Assembly (NCBI GenBank): GCA_051439505.1
Contig: JBFRWI010000077.1
Coordinates: 1 to 44,105, forward strand
Origin: Hormoscilla sp.
GTDB taxonomy: Bacteria > Cyanobacteriota > Cyanobacteriia > Cyanobacteriales > Desertifilaceae
Direction: 5' to 3'
DNA length: 44,105 nt
Shown: in pieces, positions 1 to 9,648 of the stretch
Numbering within the stretch: the stretch's first letter is position 1
How the letters are laid out: every line of letters begins with the position of its first letter
Made by a program: the position numbers and the translations under genes
Notes under the pieces: model-generated
Told to the model about the DNA's origin: nothing
Database searches by the model: none
What the model saw: only the letters and a program-made list of their open reading frames with translations

Positions 1-127
1 CGTTCGGGCGGCCCTCCCAGTCGCCGGATCCCCCCAAACCCCCCTTACAAAGGGGGGCTTCCGGAGCCCCCCCTTTTGGAAGGGGGGGTTTGGGGGGGAT
101 CCTCTACAACTACTTTTGACCACACCC
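1..127 (+). mobile_element. MITE family A (GGGTGTGGTCA terminal inverted repeats), left end outside the window
   Basis: Near-identical to 6463-6611 and to the reverse complement of 27668-27817; ends in TGACCACACCC at 127. Confidence 0.85.
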
Positions 128-138
128 TAGTGAGTGAA

Positions 139-1302
139 TCATGACAGCACTTCCTGAATTAATTCGTTAATGGTTTCAAATCGATACTTTATATCTTTAG
201 CTGCCTGGGATACCGAAGCCTCAAATCTCTTATCTTTTTCTAGGCGATCGCTAAATTTATCAATCAACAACTGCTTGCGTTTTTTCAACATTTTTATCTC
301 TAGATTGCTGAGATTGCTAATGCTCACTGACCATCCTTCAAACATCGCTTTGTTGACTGGTTGTTTATTCTTCTTTTTCTTATAAATTTTCCTAAATGCA
401 TCGTCGCCAAATATCTCCATTGCATCAATCATCGCTTTTCTAAACTTGTTATCCAGACTATAAATTTCTGCATCGTCAAGTTTATTTATCTTAGCCATCG
501 CCTCATTAAAAAACACATCTCTTTTGCCATCTTGATAATCTTTATAAGAGGTAAGCATGAACGCTAAGAAACCCAGGACAAATTCTCTGTCGTCCATCCG
601 CTTTTTTCTATTCTTGCCCAGCTTAGTAGCCTGTATAAATTCTTCAGAATCAGCTATTTTTGCCAACAATTTGATTGCCTTCCCAGGGTTGAGAGCGTGA
701 CGCATTTCTTGATTTGTCAAAGACAATCCACCTGTATTTATTCGCTTGAATATATTGAATTTAACTTCATTAGGCGTACCTTTTTCAATCAGATATACAG
801 TTACTTGAGTTTCCTCAATGCGACGCTGGTACTTACGACTTATTTCATCGTAAGTTTTACCCTCGATATCCTTGAGGTACTCTAGTCCACTTAGCTTTAG
901 GGTTTTATCGCTGACAAACTGCTTGATCGCAGTTAGTCGTTGTAGTCCATCTACAACCAACCATTTATCTTCATTCGTTGCATCCACGTAGAATGCGGGC
1001 AGGGGAATGCGGATGATTATAGACTCAATCAGCCTGCTTTTAGTGTCGTTTTCCCATAGGTTAGCATGACGCTGAAAATCTGGAGCTAAGTCCAGTGCTT
1101 CCTCATTAATTCGTTTCAGCAGTATATCTATCGTCGGTTCCTTCGTAACTATATTAATCTGCTCAGGGTCATAGTCCAAGCTGTCTCTTTCATATTGTTC
1201 CTCCTCGTTGTCTTCCTCTTCTAAATTAGTTGCTGTTTCTACGTCTAGGGATTTTTTTCGTAGCTGCAGCTTTTCTGTCACGGTGCTTCCTCCTGTGCTC
1301 AC
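139..1302 (-). CDS. DUF262 (ParB/GmrSD-like) domain protein, resembling Menshen NsnA
   Basis: PDFQR, SRLIESIIIRIPLP, VVDGLQRL and IFKRINTGG motifs typical of DUF262; start codon uncertain. Confidence 0.85.
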   Translation of the reverse strand: MSTGGSTVTEKLQLRKKSLDVETATNLEEEDNEEEQYERDSLDYDPEQINIVTKEPTIDILLKRINEEALDLAPDFQRHANLWENDTKSRLIESIIIRIPLPAFYVDATNEDKWLVVDGLQRLTAIKQFVSDKTLKLSGLEYLKDIEGKTYDEISRKYQRRIEETQVTVYLIEKGTPNEVKFNIFKRINTGGLSLTNQEMRHALNPGKAIKLLAKIADSEEFIQATKLGKNRKKRMDDREFVLGFLAFMLTSYKDYQDGKRDVFFNEAMAKINKLDDAEIYSLDNKFRKAMIDAMEIFGDDAFRKIYKKKKNKQPVNKAMFEGWSVSISNLSNLEIKMLKKRKQLLIDKFSDRLEKDKRFEASVSQAAKDIKYRFETINELIQEVLS

Positions 1303-1384
1303 TTGATGTTCCGATTCTATCTTACTATCTGATCTCCTGGCCTGCCAGCACCACCTCTTGCCAGAGCGGTGACCGATCGCATGC

Positions 1385-1462
1385 CTTTATTCTAACCATG
1401 TCAGCCTACTTTGTCAAGACCCCGCCTGCGGCTTTTTTTCCCCGGGCTTCCGCGATCGCCTC
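1385..1462 (-). promoter_or_regulatory. Sigma70-type promoter, copy 1 of a duplicated ~80 bp segment, upstream of the DUF262 gene
   Basis: Minus strand TTGACA (1417-1412), 17 bp spacer, TAGAAT (1394-1389); duplicated at ~2236-2318. Confidence 0.7.
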
Positions 1463-1469
1463 CTTTCCC

Positions 1470-1808
1470 TTAACCAACCGCATAACGGGTAAACTGACGC
1501 TTAAAAGGCGAATGAAAACCCAACACTATATCCGTAGGGGGTACCCCCATCTCCACTAACCTTTCAGCAACAGCATCTTCAGTGCCGTTATACTGAACCC
1601 AAATCTTGCCATCTTCAATGTCAAAGTGCATGACCGGACCAAATGCCCGCTTATATCCTTCCCAACCCACATAAATCAACTGATAGTGGTGCCGTTCCCG
1701 ATCGAATATCAACTGCGCTTTTACCCCTGAATCTTTTGAACTCGTCAGTTCTGCATGTTCCGTCAAAATTTTCTCGATCGCTTGTCGATAACTATCTATT
1801 TTATCCAT
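1470..1808 (-). CDS. xisI: XisI family protein
   Basis: QLIFDRERHHYQL, HFDIEDGKIWVQYNGTE and DIVLGFHSP motifs; overlaps the xisH stop. Confidence 0.92.
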   Translation of the reverse strand: MDKIDSYRQAIEKILTEHAELTSSKDSGVKAQLIFDRERHHYQLIYVGWEGYKRAFGPVMHFDIEDGKIWVQYNGTEDAVAERLVEMGVPPTDIVLGFHSPFKRQFTRYAVG

Positions 1809-2212
1809 TGCTTAATCTCCTCCTGATAGGGATCGTAGGTTATCAGTTTTACATGATGGCGGCGTAGGGACCGTTGGATGAAAGGAAGCTGGAAAAAATC
1901 TTCATAGGTGTCAACGGGAATTGCCAAGTACAGCAATCGATCTGGTTCCTTCTCTTCCAGGGCTTGACAATAGTTAAGATACTGCCCCAATGCCATATGA
2001 TACGAGCTAATGTCCGAGTCATTAATAAAACTTTTAATTTCTACAGCTATTTTTTCTGCATTCCGTTCTGCTGCGATCGCGCTTTCTATTGCTAAATCAA
2101 TATGCAACTTTACCGCCTCACTAATCCGAATCGTTAAAGGATCGTCGGTAATGTTCCAACCATCTTTGTTGAAAGCCTTTTTTACTTGTTGATGGAAAAT
2201 GTCTCTAGCCAT
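1796..2212 (-). CDS. xisH: XisH family protein (PD-(D/E)XK fold)
   Basis: MARDIFHQQVK..DGWNITDDPL, KIAVEIKSF and ALGQYLNY motifs; ATG at 2212 chosen as start. Confidence 0.92.
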   Translation of the reverse strand: MARDIFHQQVKKAFNKDGWNITDDPLTIRISEAVKLHIDLAIESAIAAERNAEKIAVEIKSFINDSDISSYHMALGQYLNYCQALEEKEPDRLLYLAIPVDTYEDFFQLPFIQRSLRRHHVKLITYDPYQEEIKQWIK

Positions 2213-2235
2213 TATATTGGTCAACTATCACATTG

Positions 2236-2318
2236 CTTTATTCTAACCATGTCAGCCTACTTTGTCAATACCCCGCCTGCGGCTTTTTTGTCCTCGGGCT
2301 TCGTAATGCGATCTCCTC
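2236..2318 (-). promoter_or_regulatory. Sigma70-type promoter, copy 2, upstream of xisH
   Basis: Minus strand TTGACA (2268-2263), 17 bp spacer, TAGAAT (2245-2240); spacer identical to copy 1. Confidence 0.7.
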
Positions 2319-2367
2319 CGGTAACCGGTAACCTTCTCTACTATCATAATCCCCAGGACATGATTTG

Positions 2368-3138
2368 TCAAGATACTGCCTGATGCAAATCCTCTGGCCT
2401 CAGATAAGAATGCAAAACCATGCCATCCCGAAACCACACAATTCGCTGGGTTTGACTCGCTACCTCTGGTTCGTGAGTCACCATCACTACTGTCATCCCG
2501 CTGGCATTCAATTCTGTAAAAATGTCCAGCACTTCTTGGGTAGTTTTCGTGTCCAGGGCCCCCGTCGGTTCGTCCGCTAGCAGCAATACCGGACGGTTCA
2601 CGATCGCCCGCGCGATCGCCACCCGTTGCTGCTGTCCCCCCGACAGTTGATTGGGTTTATTCTGCATGCGATCGTGCAAACCCACCCTGCGCAAAGCTTC
2701 TGCAGCCCGATCGCGTCTTTCTGCTGGTCTAACGCCTCCATAAACCATTGGCAGCATCACATTTTCTAAGGCAGTTGACTGAGGTAAAAGGTGAAATTGC
2801 TGAAACACAAATCCCAGCTTTTGGTTGCGAATCTGGGCAAGTTCGTTAGATGGCATGCGGGCCACATCTACCCCATCCAAATCATAGCGACCCCTAGTCG
2901 GTCTGTCCAGACAACCAATCACATTCATCGCCGTAGACTTCCCCGATCCTGAAGGGCCCATAATCGAGCAATATTCCCCTTTCTCTACTGTGAGACTAAC
3001 ATCTTGTAGCGCCTTTACTTCCACATCACCCATATTGTATACTTTGGAAATATTCTCTAGGCGAATGATGATTGGTTTGGAAGTATCCTGATGATGTTGA
3101 ACTGAGTCTTGATTGTCGATCGCTGATATTTTTTCCAT
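2368..3138 (-). CDS. ABC transporter ATP-binding protein (MacB/LolD type)
   Basis: Walker A GPSGSGKS, signature [22 protein letters not shown] at 3138 (the longer ORF start runs into a REP). Confidence 0.93.
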   Translation of the reverse strand: MEKISAIDNQDSVQHHQDTSKPIIIRLENISKVYNMGDVEVKALQDVSLTVEKGEYCSIMGPSGSGKSTAMNVIGCLDRPTRGRYDLDGVDVARMPSNELAQIRNQKLGFVFQQFHLLPQSTALENVMLPMVYGGVRPAERRDRAAEALRRVGLHDRMQNKPNQLSGGQQQRVAIARAIVNRPVLLLADEPTGALDTKTTQEVLDIFTELNASGMTVVMVTHEPEVASQTQRIVWFRDGMVLHSYLRPEDLHQAVS

Positions 3139-3191
3139 GCTTCTCTTCCAAGTAAGGTGGGCGGTGCCCACCATCTTAACTGTTCTCTATT

Positions 3192-4409
3192 CTAAGCGCT
3201 GCGGAGGGCAACGATCGGGTCTAGTTTAGCAGCTTGTCGGGCGGGAAAGACGCCGAAAAATAGACCAATAGTGCCAGAAACTCCCACCGCAACTGCGATC
3301 GCCCCCAGGGAAACTCCTGATTCTAGAAGAGTAAAGGCGCTGACGAGAACGACGCCACTCACCCCGATCGTCGTCCCTATTAATCCCCCTGCGGCAGAAA
3401 GAATTACCGACTCGATCATAAACTGAAGCAGGATATCTCGTTCTGAAGCCCCGATCGCCTTGCGCAGTCCGATTTCCTGAGTGCGTTCCGTCACCGAAAC
3501 CAGCATAATATTCATAATGCCAATGCCGCCCACTACCAGGGAAATAGCCGCGATCGCCGCCAACATCAGGGTCAGGGCCCCGGTAATCTGCCCCATAATA
3601 TTCATTAAATCCTTCTGGTTGCGCACAGTAAAATCATCCTCGTCAGTAATTTTATGCCGGAGTCTCAACAGATTTTCAATTTGAAACTGGGCCGCACTCA
3701 TGCTATCTTCATCCTTAACAGAGATAGAAATAAACGTAACTTGAATGCCATAGGGAGAAGTCCGTCCCGTAATCCTGTTCGCCATCGTTGTCAGGGGAAC
3801 GTAGGCGTTCATATCCATATTATCGCCAAAACTAGAACCTTTCGGCTGCATCACCCCAATCACCCGCAGACTCACATTTTTTAGTCGTATAGATTTACCC
3901 AAAGGATCTTCATCCCCAAACAATTGTTCGGCAAGTTCCGAACCCAAGGCCACTACAGTTTCATTCCGCTGCAAATCTAACTCGCTCAAAAACCGACCTT
4001 TCGCAACATCCAAACTGCGTACTGTCAGCATCTCTGGCGTCGTTCCCGTGATCGAAGTGGAAACATTTTTATTTCGGTAACTAATCAATTCGCTACCACT
4101 TAGCCTCGGTGCTACTGCTTTTACAGAAGGGACTTGCGTCGCGATCGCCTCTGCATCTGCTAACACCAAAGTCTGAGGCGGATAAACGGGTCGCCTTTGG
4201 GCTTCCGGACTCCCTGGCAAAACAAACAGTACATTTGGTCCCAGGGAATCTACCTGATTTTCTACAAACTTCTGGGCCCCTTCGCCGATGCCAACCATGG
4301 CGATCACGGAAGCATTGCCAATGATAATTCCCAACATCGTCAAGGTACTGCGCATCTTATTTGCCAGCAGGGTCGTACCCGCCATCTTGAAATTTTCTAA
4401 AATGTCCAT
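3192..4409 (-). CDS. ABC transporter permease (MacB/FtsX family)
   Basis: LTMLGIIIG, GGIGIMNIMLVSVTERTQEIGLRKAIGA and PARQAAKLDPIVALR motifs. Confidence 0.93.
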   Translation of the reverse strand: MDILENFKMAGTTLLANKMRSTLTMLGIIIGNASVIAMVGIGEGAQKFVENQVDSLGPNVLFVLPGSPEAQRRPVYPPQTLVLADAEAIATQVPSVKAVAPRLSGSELISYRNKNVSTSITGTTPEMLTVRSLDVAKGRFLSELDLQRNETVVALGSELAEQLFGDEDPLGKSIRLKNVSLRVIGVMQPKGSSFGDNMDMNAYVPLTTMANRITGRTSPYGIQVTFISISVKDEDSMSAAQFQIENLLRLRHKITDEDDFTVRNQKDLMNIMGQITGALTLMLAAIAAISLVVGGIGIMNIMLVSVTERTQEIGLRKAIGASERDILLQFMIESVILSAAGGLIGTTIGVSGVVLVSAFTLLESGVSLGAIAVAVGVSGTIGLFFGVFPARQAAKLDPIVALRSA

Positions 4410-4434
4410 GATTTGTTGTAAATTGTGAATTAAG

Positions 4435-4709
4435 ATTCTATCAAACTGTCATTGCGAGGGGGGACGATGATTTTTTCTACCACCAGTATAACCATTCAGC
4501 CCCCCGAAGCAATCTCCTGCATAATAGCTGATTTTCCAATTCTATCAACCTGTCATTGCGAGGGGGGGCGATGGTTTTTTCTACCACCAGTATAACCATT
4601 CACCCCCCCCCCGAAGCAATCTCCTGCATAATAGATGGTGAGATTGCTTCGGGGGCGGTAGTTGACTTAGTACAGAAGGGGACTAGCAATATCCCCCCTC
4701 GCAATGACA
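4435..4709. repeat. Palindromic element TGTCATTGCGAG...GAAGCAATCTC...GAGATTGCTTC...CTCGCAATGACA, preceded by a partial tandem duplicate
   Basis: Full element at 4551-4709; 4435-4527 duplicates 4539-4634; another copy at 27497-27660 and a degenerate one near 15035-15110. Confidence 0.8.
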
Positions 4710-4750
4710 AGTAAATTTTCATCGGTGGTAATGTATCCAGTTGATGACGA

Positions 4751-6253
4751 CTATTTAATTTCCTTTTTGATGATATCTTCCAATTTTTGTCCTTCCGGGA
4801 GTTCCACAAATACCCGATCGCCCCCTTCTATGCCATCGAGAATCTGGATTTGATTGCCAAAGGTCGAACCGATAGTTACCGGTTGGAAGCTAGGTTGATT
4901 TTTCTCATTGGGAATTAAAACCCCTGTCTCCCCTTTGTTCGTGATAATCGCTACAGTCGGCACAACTAAAGCATCCTGCAATTCCTCCCCCAGAAAGTTC
5001 AGATCCGCATTCATTCCCGATTGTAGCTTATCGGCACCCGTCGCGATCGCCACCCGCACCTGAAATAAAGTCACGTCCCGTTCCTTAATTGCTTCGGGGG
5101 CGATCAACTTCACCTGACCTTGAAAAACCTGGTCGGGATAGGCATCGGCGACAATTTCCACTGTTTGATTGGGTTTAATTTGACTGATATCTGCCTCTGG
5201 CACTTTCGCTAAAACTTCCAAACCCTTTGCCAACGCGACAACAGAAGTAGAAGTAGCCGAACTGGCATCGGAAGCAGAAGTTGCTGGGGTCACGAAGGCT
5301 CCCGGATCTGCATATTTCTGCACGATTAAACCAGAAAAAGGAGCGCGCACGTCAGTATCTTCCAATTGCACTTGATAGTAACGGACATTTGCCTCAGCTT
5401 CGGCCACATCTGCTTCTGCCTTAGCGATGTCCTCGGGACGAGAACCATTCACCAATTCAGCTAATTGACTTTGGGCTTCTGCTAAAGAAGCTTCCGCTTC
5501 GGCAATATCTTCCGGACGATTACCATTTTCCAGCCTTTCTAGGCGTCGTTTCGCTTCCCCCACCCCTGCTTGCATTTGTTGCAGCGTCGCTTTGGCCCGG
5601 CGTTCTTCATCTACGATCAGATCCAAATCATCCCTCGAAATTGCTCCCTCATCGGCCAGATACTGGTTGCGCCTGACTCTTTGGGACGCTAACTCTAAGC
5701 GCGATCGGGCCTCAGTTACCAGGGCCTCTGCCCTGACCACACTAGATCGCGCCTCGGCAATGTCCTCCCTACGACTACCCGCCCGCAGTTCGGCTAAAAT
5801 TGCCCGAGATCGGTCTACCCGCGCTTGCGCTGCCGCAATATTTTCTGGGCGACTTCCCGCGATCGACTTATCTCTTTCAGCTTGAGCGCGGGCCAAACGG
5901 GCCTTCCCTTGCATCAACTGGGCTTCAATTTCTCGACTTTCCATGCTAGCAATTACTTGCCCTGCCTCCACCCGATCGCCCTGTTCGACATATAATTGAG
6001 CCAAGCGTCCGGAGACCTTGGGACTGAGATTAACTCGTTTGACAGGTTGAACCACGCCACTAGCAGTAATGCGCACCGTCATATTTTTACTTTCTACGGG
6101 CACAGTCAGTTCCAGGACTTCGGTAGATTTAGGTATAGCTGTTTGCGTTATCACATAAGCGACACCCGTGGTTCCCACCAATCCAGCTGCTACTAGCCCC
6201 AGGATCCAGGGAGTTGGTGATTTAATTTTTTTATCAATCATGGGAATTTGCAT
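4751..6253 (-). CDS. Efflux RND/HlyD family periplasmic adaptor subunit
   Basis: N-terminal TM helix, lipoyl-like half motifs (LSPKVSGRL..VEQGDRVEAGQ; VRAPFSG), long coiled coil; operon with the ABC genes. Confidence 0.9.
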   Translation of the reverse strand: MQIPMIDKKIKSPTPWILGLVAAGLVGTTGVAYVITQTAIPKSTEVLELTVPVESKNMTVRITASGVVQPVKRVNLSPKVSGRLAQLYVEQGDRVEAGQVIASMESREIEAQLMQGKARLARAQAERDKSIAGSRPENIAAAQARVDRSRAILAELRAGSRREDIAEARSSVVRAEALVTEARSRLELASQRVRRNQYLADEGAISRDDLDLIVDEERRAKATLQQMQAGVGEAKRRLERLENGNRPEDIAEAEASLAEAQSQLAELVNGSRPEDIAKAEADVAEAEANVRYYQVQLEDTDVRAPFSGLIVQKYADPGAFVTPATSASDASSATSTSVVALAKGLEVLAKVPEADISQIKPNQTVEIVADAYPDQVFQGQVKLIAPEAIKERDVTLFQVRVAIATGADKLQSGMNADLNFLGEELQDALVVPTVAIITNKGETGVLIPNEKNQPSFQPVTIGSTFGNQIQILDGIEGGDRVFVELPEGQKLEDIIKKEIK

Positions 6254-6289
6254 TATGTCAAGCCTCAAACAAAATAATTTTATATTCAG

Positions 6290-6375
6290 GTTCGTAGTAA
6301 AGACTTTAGTCTTTCCCCGTTCGTAGTAAAGACTTTAGTCTTTCCCCGTTTATAGTAAAGACTTTAGTTTTTCCG
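6290..6375 (+). repeat. Tandem 29 bp GTAG-hairpin (REP-like) repeat, ~3 copies
   Basis: GTTCGTAGTAAAGACTTTAGTCTTTCCCC twice plus a degenerate third copy. Confidence 0.85.
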
Positions 6376-6462
6376 CAGAAGTTTCATTATGGGGGAATTT
6401 TTTCAACAACAGTCTGTTAAACAGACCAAACCCGCACGGGTATGTTTGGTAACGATACCTCC

Positions 6463-6611
6463 GGGTGTGGTCAAAACCCATTGATCGTTCATGGGCCACC
6501 CCAGTCGCCGGATCCCCCCAAACCCCCCTTAAAAAGGGGGCTTTCGGAGGCCCCCCTTTCGGAAGGGGGGGTTTGGGGGGGATCCTTTCCAACAAATGCA
6601 TGACCACACCC
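6463..6611 (+). mobile_element. MITE family A, complete (149 bp)
   Basis: TIRs GGGTGTGGTCA/TGACCACACCC; 9 bp target duplication GATACCTCC at 6454-6462 and 6612-6620. Confidence 0.92.
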
Positions 6612-6870
6612 GATACCTCCCCATTTTCCGTAATTCCGCGCAGGTATACTTGTTTTTTGCACCGCTAATTCCATTCCCCTGGGTCATTCCCCTAGACCAG
6701 GTTAATGGCCCAGGTGGCTACTCTTTTTTCATCTGACTTTATGCTAGCTCGTGCTTAACTTTTAGCCGATCGCGAACATACCATCAATCTTGTCTGGTTT
6801 TTACCATTGCCAAATAACTGCATGCTATGATATAAGCATACTTGCTTTTGCCGAGCGGGCGATCGCATAT

Positions 6871-7560
6871 TCAACCGGAACAATCAAAGAAAGCTTTATT
6901 ACTTGGTAATGGGTAAGTATCTTGGCGAAATCCGTCTTTTTTTGCTTGCGCTACAATCTCGATCGCATCAGGTAAAGTTTTATTTTCCGCAATTACCAAG
7001 GCGAAAAACCGATTCCCTTCTTTGGGCGGACATATCTTTATTTCTGAGTAACGACCTTTCTCATCGAACAAGGAATCATTACTTCGTAACCTTTTCACTC
7101 TTCCTAGCTCACTTTCAAGATCGCTTTTTTGCGGGGAAGTACCTGCTACGACAAAGTAATCATTGCTCGATATTAATGCCCGTTCTTCTGCTAAATTTTC
7201 TGAAACTTTTTGGGCTATTTCATTTATTAAATCCTTTTCTTTTCTCATTTGATTGACCGCTCCATCGACAACTTGCTTCTTTATTTGGTCGGAACTAATC
7301 AAACTATTAATTCCGAAAATGCCGACTACCGACAAGACAGTTGCGATCGCAACAGCTAAAGCTAAAATCTTGTTCTGAGATTTCTCCGCCACGCGGTGAA
7401 CCAGTAATTCCTCTATAGTATCTAAATTGTTTAGTTGTTCTCTCAGCCGTAAATTTTCCTCTTGTAGATTTCTCAGTTCTTCTTGCACCGACTCTAACGT
7501 CCGAGGTTCTGAATTCTGCGGCGCGGGATTACTGGGAGGTGTGGGTTGATTATTAGTCAT
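6871..7560 (-). CDS. Hypothetical membrane-anchored protein (coiled coil, one TM helix, small C-terminal domain)
   Basis: Long ORF with heptad pattern and hydrophobic ILALAVAIATVLSVVGIFGI; start probably at MTNNQP. Confidence 0.7.
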   Translation of the reverse strand: MTNNQPTPPSNPAPQNSEPRTLESVQEELRNLQEENLRLREQLNNLDTIEELLVHRVAEKSQNKILALAVAIATVLSVVGIFGINSLISSDQIKKQVVDGAVNQMRKEKDLINEIAQKVSENLAEERALISSNDYFVVAGTSPQKSDLESELGRVKRLRSNDSLFDEKGRYSEIKICPPKEGNRFFALVIAENKTLPDAIEIVAQAKKDGFRQDTYPLPSNKAFFDCSG

Positions 7561-7649
7561 CTTTATGGTATACTTATACTGACGCTTAAGCAGCAGCACT
7601 ATTCAGTTTGATTATTGACTATATTAGCAAGTTATGAACGAACACGACC

Positions 7650-7678
7650 AAAAAAATAGGCGGGCAATATGCCCACCC
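7650..7678 (-). terminator. Probable intrinsic terminator downstream of fabI
   Basis: Minus strand GGTGGGC-ATATT-GCCCGCC followed by TATTTTTTT. Confidence 0.55.
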
Positions 7679-7710
7679 ACCAGACAATTAAGGAGAAAAA
7701 ACCGTGGCTA

Positions 7711-7803
7711 AGCTGTCGCGCATTTAAAATGCATGGTTCCAAATGCAGCCAACCCTTGCTGTCAAAGATTTCCCCAATTTTGAATTTTGAATTTTGAATT
7801 GCC
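7711..7803 (+). mobile_element. MITE family B (TA target, AGCTGTCG...(TTTTGAA)n tail)
   Basis: Flanked by TA at 7709-7710 and 7804-7805; copies at 19452-19550, 20090-20188 (minus) and 26530-26630. Confidence 0.85.
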
Positions 7804-8579
7804 TACATGCCCATAATCTCGTAACCAGCATCCACATACAGCACCTGACCGGTAATACCGCTGGACAAGTCGCTACACAAGAAAGCAGCTGTATTACCTA
7901 CTTCCGTCTGAGTCACAGTCCGTCTCAGGGGTGCCACTTTTTCCACATGGTGAATCATATCCAGGATCCCCCCCACAGATGAGGAAGCCAAAGTCCGAAT
8001 GGGACCAGAGGAAATGGCATTGACTCGGATATTTTGCGGTCCCAGTTCCGCTGCTAGGTAACGGACGCTCATTTCCAAGCCAGCTTTGGCAATTCCCATC
8101 ACGTTATAATTGGGAATTACCTTCACTCCCCCTAAGTAGGTGAGGGTGACAATACTACCCCCATCGGTCATCAAGGGTTTAGCTGCTGCACTCATCTGGG
8201 TGAGGGAGTAGGTACTGATTTCCAAAGCCCTCATAAAACCGGCCCGCGTGGTATTGCTGAAATCTCCACTCAGTTCCTCTTTCCCCGCAAAGGCCAGACA
8301 GTGAATCAGTATGTCTAGGCGTCCCCACTTGTCCGCGATCGCCTGAAAAGCCTCCTGGACTTGATCGTCATTTTGGACATCGCAGGGCAAAAATAAGCTG
8401 GGAGAAAGGGGTGCTGTCAATTCTGCCACTTTTTTCTCAAACCTTCCCTTCTCATCCGGCAAGAAGGTGACCCCCAGATTAGCACCGGCTTGATGCAGTT
8501 GTTGGGCAATGCCCCAGGCGATCGAGCGATTGTTAGCGATGCCCGTTACCAGGGCGTTTTTTCCAGTCAAATCAAGCAT
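7803..8579 (-). CDS. fabI: Enoyl-[ACP] reductase FabI
   Basis: GIANNRSIAWGIA, YNVMGIAKAGLE and GPIRTLAS motifs; divergent from ntcA, as is usual in cyanobacteria. Confidence 0.97.
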   Translation of the reverse strand: MLDLTGKNALVTGIANNRSIAWGIAQQLHQAGANLGVTFLPDEKGRFEKKVAELTAPLSPSLFLPCDVQNDDQVQEAFQAIADKWGRLDILIHCLAFAGKEELSGDFSNTTRAGFMRALEISTYSLTQMSAAAKPLMTDGGSIVTLTYLGGVKVIPNYNVMGIAKAGLEMSVRYLAAELGPQNIRVNAISSGPIRTLASSSVGGILDMIHHVEKVAPLRRTVTQTEVGNTAAFLCSDLSSGITGQVLYVDAGYEIMGM

Positions 8580-8917
8580 AATCTCTAGATTTTAGATAAA
8601 ATTGGGTATTGGTGATTTGCCAAATCGCGGACCCCTCTACTAACTTAGGCTGTTATTGTCTGCTGGTCAATGTCGGCGCGATGCACGTGCTATTCGCACA
8701 TTGAAGCGGCCCAGATGACAACTGGTTGCTACCCAACAATCCCCAGTGCCATAGCCGGAAAGGGCAAAAATCCACCTCACCACAAGCGTACCGCAAGAAT
8801 CAGGTATAATATATCTCACCTATTGGGTGTTAGAATGATAAACTGCTGACAATATATTCATAAATTGTCCCGAGTTTGTCGATTGACAGGCACCGGGCAC
8901 CGATGAAGACGAAGAAG

Positions 8918-9598
8918 ATGGTAGTAACTGACACCAAACCGCTAGCAGCTGCATTCCGTCAAATGAGTGGCAGCTCATATCCGCCGGTTACAGAAAAGTT
9001 TGAACGGGGGAAAACGATATTTTTTCCCGGAGATCCAGCGGAACGAGTCTATTTTTTGCAAAGTGGTGCGGTAAAGCTATCCCGCGTGTACGAGGCGGGA
9101 GACGAAATAACTGTGGCGCTGCTGCGAGAAAATACTGTATTTGGGGTCCTGTCCCTGATCACGGGGAATAAATCGGACAGATTTTACCACGCAGTGGCTT
9201 TTACACCCGTAGAGTTACTGTCCCAGCCAATCGAACAGGTGCTTTCTGCACTCAAGGAAAATCCCGAACTGTCGATGGTGATGCTGCAAGGACTGTCTTC
9301 GCGCATCTTGCAAACGGAGATGATGATTGAAACCCTGGCACACCGGGATATGGAGTCGCGACTGGTCAGCTTTCTGTTGATTCTGTGTCGGGATTTTGGA
9401 GTTCCTAGCACGGATGGACAAAATGGGATTACGATAGATTTAAAGCTATCTCATCAGGCGATCGCAGAGGCGATCGGTTCTACCCGCGTCACGGTAACTC
9501 GCTTGCTGGGGGATTTGCGATCGGACGAGTTGATATCGATCCACAAGAAAAAAATTACGGTCCACGACCCAGTGGTCCTCAGCCAGCGATTCGCATAA
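8918..9598 (+). CDS. ntcA: Global nitrogen regulator NtcA
   Basis: [16 protein letters not shown] and [25 protein letters not shown] helix-turn-helix; alternative ATG at 8903. Confidence 0.97.
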   Translation: MVVTDTKPLAAAFRQMSGSSYPPVTEKFERGKTIFFPGDPAERVYFLQSGAVKLSRVYEAGDEITVALLRENTVFGVLSLITGNKSDRFYHAVAFTPVELLSQPIEQVLSALKENPELSMVMLQGLSSRILQTEMMIETLAHRDMESRLVSFLLILCRDFGVPSTDGQNGITIDLKLSHQAIAEAIGSTRVTVTRLLGDLRSDELISIHKKKITVHDPVVLSQRFA

Positions 9599-9648
9599 CC
9601 TCAATCCTTGAGATGGAATAGGTATACGATACTAGCTATCCGCTGCCC

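Noticed and set aside
1470..2212. fdxN excision element
   Set aside because: No XisF recombinase or nif/fdxN genes nearby; standalone xisHI pairs are common.
6350..6674. Short ORFs over repeats (also 4600-4809, 11270-11635, 24561-24782, 27612-27863, 41698-42105, 42865-43569)
   Set aside because: They are translations of MITE/REP sequence (PPLxKGG, ETGFL/RNPVS, GHG motifs).
8580..8917. NtcA autoregulatory site
   Set aside because: I could not find a convincing GTA-N8-TAC by eye; only a TATAAT near 8805.
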